From: an uncultured Pseudomonadales bacterium
GTDB lineage: Bacteria; Patescibacteriota; Microgenomatia; UBA1400; MFAQ01
Assembly: GCA_964487665.1 (NCBI GenBank)
Contig: CAZARR010000003.1
Coordinates: 6,998 to 70,997, forward strand
Length of the DNA: 64,000 nucleotides
Direction: 5' to 3'
In this document: positions 59,167-64,000 of the stretch, one piece after another
Layout of the letters: every line of letters starts with the position of its first letter
Numbering within the stretch: the stretch's first letter is position 1
Translations under genes and position numbers: made by a program
Notes under the pieces: generated by a model
Databases searched by the model: none
Told to the model about the DNA's origin: nothing
Seen by the model: the letters and a program-made list of their open reading frames with translations, nothing else

Positions 59167-60855
59167 ATGCACGAAACTTCGATGGTGTTTGCGAAAGCGA
59201 TATTGGTTGTTATTCCCCTCTTGTTGATTGCAATAACGGTGGTGGGGGCCAAAATGGTTCTTAATACCAATCGATCCTTTGATGAGAGAAGTAGGGCGTA
59301 CAGTCCCGATGCCAAGACCGGAAGAGGCGGTGAAACAGGTGAAATTCCCACTGGTATCGTAATCAGCAAGACTGTTTGCCCCGACCCTACTGTTCCGCTG
59401 CCGGGGTGTGATTACTATGGTGGAGATGGAATAGCCCAAGCAATTTCGGGATTTAATCAGCCGGGGAATACATTATTGGTTAGGCTAAGAAGTACTGCAA
59501 TAAATTCATCGAGTGAGTATTGGCCTACGCAGGAAATGACTGTGAGAAATAATAATATTCTGGTATCTGGTGAGGGCAACAGGAAACCGGTGATTGTTGT
59601 TAACAATGTTCGGGGGGCTCATTATTTAACCGCGGGGGTGGGATCGTCTTTGAGGCTGAACAATATACGCATTGAGGGAGGAATGAATAACAAGTCAAGT
59701 TTGCTAAGGGTGGAAAACGCTGGAAAATTGGAGTTAGTTAGCAGTGAGATAGCCAATACAAAAATTGGTGTTCTTGGAATCGAGGGAACTGTCAGGTTGA
59801 CCGATAACCTTTTTCAGGGTAATAACATGGCGGTACAGATTCAGTATTTCGATAGGGTGCAACACAATTCGCTGTTAAGAAATAATGTCTTTCTGAGTAA
59901 CGGAGGGGGTCTACGGGCTGGTTGTTATTATGCAAACACAGATGATTTATCTGTCCAAAATAACGTATTTTTTACCAACTCTAGCGTAAGCAGCCCCCAG
60001 CTTTCTCTACATGTTGGGTCTGAACCATGTCGCTCATTATCGGTAAACAATAATATATTTAAGGGGACGCAAAATATCGGAAATGGCTTATTTATCGAGT
60101 TTTCGAATCCTAACCCCGTGCCAACTGTCCTGGGAGCAATTAAATATAATAATGCTTTTGGGTTTCAATCCAACTTTTTACTTAATGGATCGGGGTCGGG
60201 CCAAATGGATCCTACAAATATTTCAGTAAACCCCAAGTTTGTGGGGGAACCGAGTAATTTCAGGTTGGCGGCCAACTCTCCACTTATTAATGCTGGAAAT
60301 CCCGAGCAGATGTATTTGGACACGGATGGAAGTAGAAATGATATGGGGGTTTATGGCGGGCCATTTGGAAGTTATTTTGGTAATTGGGGATCGCCAGCGA
60401 CCTGCAACCTTTGTGACTTGGATGATGACAACTTGGTAGAGGGAGGTAATGCGACTCCGCGAGGAGATGACATAAACCGGGTGATTGCCTGTCTGGGACA
60501 GCGTGTTGCCACCAATCCAAGTTGTGCAAAGGCAGATTTTACGGCTGATGGATTGCTGATAAACTCAGGCGACGTGACCAGTTTTGTTGGCTTGTGCAAT
60601 GGGATGCAGGGACGCAGTTGTTCGAGTGCTATTTGTAGCGCCCCAAATATCCCCGGACAGAGAGCGGACACTGACTTGAATAAAGATTATGTTGTTAACA
60701 ACATAGATGTGGCGATATTTGATAATAGTCTTTGCTCAGGAATAGCTAGCTTATCTGGCCAGGTTTGGAAGTATTGCCGGATGTTTGACATAAATGGCGA
60801 TTACCAGGTGGACCAGGTTGATAGGCAAATGGTTAGTAGTTGTGTTGGACAATAG
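59167..60855 (+). CDS. Exported protein with right-handed parallel beta-helix and C-terminal Cys-rich dockerin-like Ca-binding repeats
   Basis: N-terminal TM; Asn-ladder NNxF repeats; F.L..NSPLINAG and DGSRNDMGVYGGP; DxDxD-type loops. Start at M25 behind TGcTATAGT. Confidence 0.7.
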   Translation: MHETSMVFAKAILVVIPLLLIAITVVGAKMVLNTNRSFDERSRAYSPDAKTGRGGETGEIPTGIVISKTVCPDPTVPLPGCDYYGGDGIAQAISGFNQPGNTLLVRLRSTAINSSSEYWPTQEMTVRNNNILVSGEGNRKPVIVVNNVRGAHYLTAGVGSSLRLNNIRIEGGMNNKSSLLRVENAGKLELVSSEIANTKIGVLGIEGTVRLTDNLFQGNNMAVQIQYFDRVQHNSLLRNNVFLSNGGGLRAGCYYANTDDLSVQNNVFFTNSSVSSPQLSLHVGSEPCRSLSVNNNIFKGTQNIGNGLFIEFSNPNPVPTVLGAIKYNNAFGFQSNFLLNGSGSGQMDPTNISVNPKFVGEPSNFRLAANSPLINAGNPEQMYLDTDGSRNDMGVYGGPFGSYFGNWGSPATCNLCDLDDDNLVEGGNATPRGDDINRVIACLGQRVATNPSCAKADFTADGLLINSGDVTSFVGLCNGMQGRSCSSAICSAPNIPGQRADTDLNKDYVVNNIDVAIFDNSLCSGIASLSGQVWKYCRMFDINGDYQVDQVDRQMVSSCVGQ

Positions 60856-60876
60856 TAAACTGGTAAAATCACCGGC

Positions 60877-61122
60877 ATGCCAGTACTAAAACACGCAAAA
60901 AAGAAGCTTCGCGCAGACATCAAGAAACAGGTAGCCAACCGGACAGTAAGAACGCGGGCGGTAAGTGCTTTGGACAAGGCCAAAAAGACAAAGGAGGCCG
61001 TGGACATGTCCGAGGCATTTCGCAGGCTAGACAGGGCAGCCAAGACCGGTGTCTTTCACAAGGGAAAGGTCGACCGTCTCAAATCTAGGCTGGCCAAACT
61101 TTTCTTGACTCTGAAGAAATAA
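60877..61122 (+). CDS. rpsT: 30S ribosomal protein S20
   Basis: HAKKKLR, LDRAAKTGVFHK...R.KSRL. Confidence 0.92.
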   Translation: MPVLKHAKKKLRADIKKQVANRTVRTRAVSALDKAKKTKEAVDMSEAFRRLDRAAKTGVFHKGKVDRLKSRLAKLFLTLKK

Positions 61123-61149
61123 TCCCTGATAAGTTATACTTAGTTTTGT

Positions 61150-61713
61150 ATGTCTGCCCAGCGGAAGATTGTTGGTATTGATTTGCTTCCTGGAAACTCG
61201 TTTGAGAAGAGCGATCTGGGTTTGGTATTGAATTGGATCAAGATATCGGGTAGAACGATAATTGTATTGACGGAGTTTGCGGTTATTTTGGCCTTTGGTT
61301 CGCGGTTTTGGTTTGACAAAACACTTAATGACCTGAAGGAGACGGTGGATCAAAAACAAAGCGTGGTGCGAAGCTACGAAAGTGTCGAGACAAAGATGCG
61401 GGATACACTGGCTCGCGAAGCCGTGGTCAGTGGATCGTTGGGAGGTAGTGCCCGAATAAATATACTGGTCGAGGATCTGGTGGTAGCAACACCAATTGAC
61501 GTTTTTTTTGAGAATATCTCTTGTATTGGTTCTTTGGTGGCTATCCGAGGAAGAGCCGGATCTGAGCTAGGACTTTCGGGTTTATTGGCGAACTTGACCA
61601 AAAACCCTAAGGTGGGCCAAGTATCGTTAAGCGAAATTAAATATTCCCAGACGGACAAACAACTTAGTTTTGGAGTAAGTTTTGAATACACAAACGAAGG
61701 GGGTAAAAAATGA
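61150..61713 (+). CDS. pilN: PilN-like type IV pilus assembly protein
   Basis: N-terminal IDLLP motif, TM, coiled coil, P.DV...I.G.A core. Confidence 0.72.
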   Translation: MSAQRKIVGIDLLPGNSFEKSDLGLVLNWIKISGRTIIVLTEFAVILAFGSRFWFDKTLNDLKETVDQKQSVVRSYESVETKMRDTLAREAVVSGSLGGSARINILVEDLVVATPIDVFFENISCIGSLVAIRGRAGSELGLSGLLANLTKNPKVGQVSLSEIKYSQTDKQLSFGVSFEYTNEGGKK

Positions 61714-62360
61714 TAATAAATCGAGCCGGTTATGATGCTTATTACCAAAGGATAAGAGATTTGTATCAACAGCCCGTAGTGTCTGTATCAGTTGAGGTGA
61801 TTCTGAATATTTTCGTAGTGGCCTTTTTGGTAACGTTTGTGATCAGGCCTACTTTTGGGGTAGTAGCTAGCCTAAAAAAACAAACTGAAGACCAAAGGAT
61901 CGTAGACACAAAGTTGACAAGTAAAATCAATTCCCTTAATCAGGCCCGGGGTACATTAGCGGAACAAGCAGCATTTTTGCCGCTATATACATCTGCAGTC
62001 AGCAAAGAATCGGACTTGGACGGGTTGGTTCTTCGGATCGAAAAATTGGCGTCTGAATATCAGATCCAGCTTACGGGGCTAAAATTGGGGGGGGTAGCTT
62101 TATTGGGAGACGATCTGGAGCTGGACAAAGGTAAGGGGGTAAGGAAAGTATCTACAGAAAAGGCAAATGAAGTATCTATGTCATTTACTGTAGAGGGGAG
62201 TTTTGCAAGACTAACCCCCTTTTTGTCTGATATGCAAAAGATGGATAGGCTGGTTAAGGTAGATGGGGTAAGCTTTAGTAAAGACAAAAAAAGTAAAACG
62301 GGGTTGGTGGCCATGTCTGGAACAGCACATGTTTACTATATGCCTAGCAAATCATTGTGA
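61710..62360 (+). CDS. pilO: PilO-like type IV pilus assembly protein
   Basis: TM + coiled coil; GSF..L..FL.......RLV.V core; ATGA-coupled to pilN. Confidence 0.75.
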   Translation: MIINRAGYDAYYQRIRDLYQQPVVSVSVEVILNIFVVAFLVTFVIRPTFGVVASLKKQTEDQRIVDTKLTSKINSLNQARGTLAEQAAFLPLYTSAVSKESDLDGLVLRIEKLASEYQIQLTGLKLGGVALLGDDLELDKGKGVRKVSTEKANEVSMSFTVEGSFARLTPFLSDMQKMDRLVKVDGVSFSKDKKSKTGLVAMSGTAHVYYMPSKSL

Positions 62361-62653
62361 AAATTAAAAAAGCTCCAAGCGCATACGTGGCAATAATTGG
62401 GGTGGTCACCCTCTGTGTCGCAGGAAGTTTTTTGCTGTATACGATCTACTCGGCGCTGAGAAAAAGCCAGATAAGTCCTCAGCAAAAATTGGATATACTT
62501 CCCCTTGTTGGTCAGCTAAATTCAAAGGTGATAGATGATTTAAAAAGCAGACGACGGTTTGAAAAAAGCGAGCTGGAAAATATTCCGAGAGTGAGCCCAA
62601 GTATAACTGTCACAGCAATACCAAGTAGTCCATCGGCACAACCAGCACCATGA
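62357..62653 (+). CDS. Small single-TM protein in the PilP position
   Basis: GTGA/ATGA coupling to both neighbours; N-terminal TM, Pro/Ser tail. Confidence 0.6.
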   Translation: MKIKKAPSAYVAIIGVVTLCVAGSFLLYTIYSALRKSQISPQQKLDILPLVGQLNSKVIDDLKSRRRFEKSELENIPRVSPSITVTAIPSSPSAQPAP

Positions 62654-64000
62654 AATTTGGAGTAAGAACAATACTAAGCAGAAAGGTCCCAACTTTGTTG
62701 GCCTTGCCCATATTGGTGTTGGGGTTGGTGGGTGGCGTGATGGTGGTAGGTAAAAAAAGTAATTTTGGAATCAAGGCAGGACCGACATCGGTGCCAAAAA
62801 ATGTTCGCGTGACTAACCTAAGTCACGACAAGATGACCATCTCCTGGGTGACTGACACCCCGGTAGTTGGTTTTGTGAAATACTCGGAAAACCCTAGTAA
62901 TATAAATACACCAGCGGGGGACGGCAGAGACCAAAGGTCAGGTTCGAATGGTTTGTACACCACACACTCGGTTGACCTAAATAGCCTATCCCCAACAAAG
63001 ACGTATTATTTCGAAGTCGGTTCTGGTTCGGTAATGTACGATGATTCCGGACGCCCATACCAAGCAACAACTTTTGCAGCCATGGCGGTACCAAGCGAAG
63101 ATGTAGCCAACGGAAAGGTACTGGCAACAAACGGGCAGGCGGCTGGAGGAGTACTGGTTTACGCAGAACTGGAAGCGGGGCAGGGTTTGTCTACTATTAG
63201 TCGAGACGACGGAACGTGGAGAATCAACTTGTCAGAAGCACGCGGGCAACAAGGGCAACCTTTGGGTTACAACACACAGACAACCCGGATAAATTTGTTT
63301 TTTCAAGGGGGCTTACTAGGATCTTCGGGCGTGACGACAACAACTGGCCAAGACAGTCCCGTACCAGATACGGTTTTGGGGCGAACATACAACTACATTG
63401 ACCCACCGACCCCAACAGCAACTATGGCGCCCGCTTCACCCACACCCAGTGTGGGGGCAAGTAATCCGTTTGGAGGGATGGTACAAAACCAACCAACCCC
63501 TTCGGTCGTGGCCAATAGTGGGATTCAGCTAGAGAATCCTGCTTTTGAGGGAGAGGCAATTTCAACCGGGGTACCTGAGTTGAGAGGAACCGCACCGGCG
63601 GGAGTAGTACTTTCTATCACTGTCCACTCTGAAACAGTTATTACCGGACAGGTAGTGGTGGGTAATGACGGCCAGTGGTCTTTTACTCCCCCATCCGGTT
63701 TAGAACCCGGTGAGCATACCGTGACGGTTGAATACACGGATTTGCAGGGGGTGGTACAGCGGCTAACCAGAAGTTTCGTGGTCCTTGCTGATGATGGTAC
63801 GAATTTCCCAGCCTTTACCTCGACACCATCGGCGACCCCCACATTGACTATCACACCAACACCAACACCAACGTACTACTACCTGTCACCAACGGCGACT
63901 CCATCAACCGTTGCCAGTATGCCTTCGACAAATTCGAGCCTACCTACGGTTGGGTCATTGACACCCACCGTAGCACTATTTATATTGGGAGTGGGCCTGT
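62650..64000 (+). CDS. Surface protein running off the window (not in the ORF track): TM, FN3-like domain, Ig-like domains, P/T linkers, LPTVG + hydrophobic tail
   Basis: Hand translation is open from ATG 62650 to the end: NVRVTNL..MTISWVT, YYFEVGSG, GQWSFTP...GEHTVTV, SLPTVGSLTPTVALFILGVGL. Confidence 0.85.
   Translation, partial: MKFGVRTILSRKVPTLLALPILVLGLVGGVMVVGKKSNFGIKAGPTSVPKNVRVTNLSHDKMTISWVTDTPVVGFVKYSENPSNINTPAGDGRDQRSGSNGLYTTHSVDLNSLSPTKTYYFEVGSGSVMYDDSGRPYQATTFAAMAVPSEDVANGKVLATNGQAAGGVLVYAELEAGQGLSTISRDDGTWRINLSEARGQQGQPLGYNTQTTRINLFFQGGLLGSSGVTTTTGQDSPVPDTVLGRTYNYIDPPTPTATMAPASPTPSVGASNPFGGMVQNQPTPSVVANSGIQLENPAFEGEAISTGVPELRGTAPAGVVLSITVHSETVITGQVVVGNDGQWSFTPPSGLEPGEHTVTVEYTDLQGVVQRLTRSFVVLADDGTNFPAFTSTPSATPTLTITPTPTPTYYYLSPTATPSTVASMPSTNSSLPTVGSLTPTVALFILGVGL

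Noticed and set aside
63820-63910. ACACCA-type short repeats
   Set aside because: They encode a Pro/Thr linker; not a CRISPR array or DNA-level repeat system
1-64000. Alternative genetic code (TGA=Gly) as in Gracilibacteria/Absconditabacteria
   Set aside because: TGA terminates conserved genes at expected positions (rel, secY, rpsG, rpoC) and the ORFs are intact under the standard code
1-64000. tRNA, rRNA, tmRNA genes, introns, inteins, IS elements
   Set aside because: Intergenic gaps are mostly under 70 nt; no cloverleaf, rRNA, intein or transposase signatures were recognised by eye

Overview
A gene-dense, almost entirely housekeeping 64-kb region of a bacterial chromosome, most likely Patescibacteria/CPR and Microgenomates-like. 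Supporting signs: no rpmD (L30) between rpsE and rplO, trimmed IF2, AlaRS, L2 and L29, a short archaeal-type AspRS, no Shine-Dalgarno signal, and the standard genetic code. The minus strand carries hrcA-grpE-dnaK-dnaJ; nusA-infB-(DHH-like)-rpsO-pnp-(protease-less Lon AAA+)-rnj-ftsK-rodZ-like; alaS-(actin-fold/baseplate-J-like membrane protein)-sortase-ruvX-Zn ribbon-mltG; rpoBC; the str/S10/spc ribosomal cluster through secY-adk-map-secDF; and recJ-rel-aspS. The plus strand carries an atypical CCA/HD nucleotidyltransferase, a GH39-like hydrolase, a beta-helix/dockerin-like surface protein, rpsT, and a pilN-pilO cluster ending in a FN3/Ig protein with an LPTVG sorting signal. I saw no rRNA, tRNA, CRISPR array or mobile element. 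The most notable observations are a stand-alone Lon ATPase between two RNases, a shared TM-(polar)-x-[R/K]-A motif in three surface proteins, the actin/baseplate-like fusion next to a sortase, a recurrent leaderless promoter architecture, attenuator-like leaders at rpoB and nusA, a strongly divergent rifampicin pocket, and a G/C strand skew opposite to the direction of the ribosomal genes. All family assignments come from recognising motifs by eye; no database search was run.
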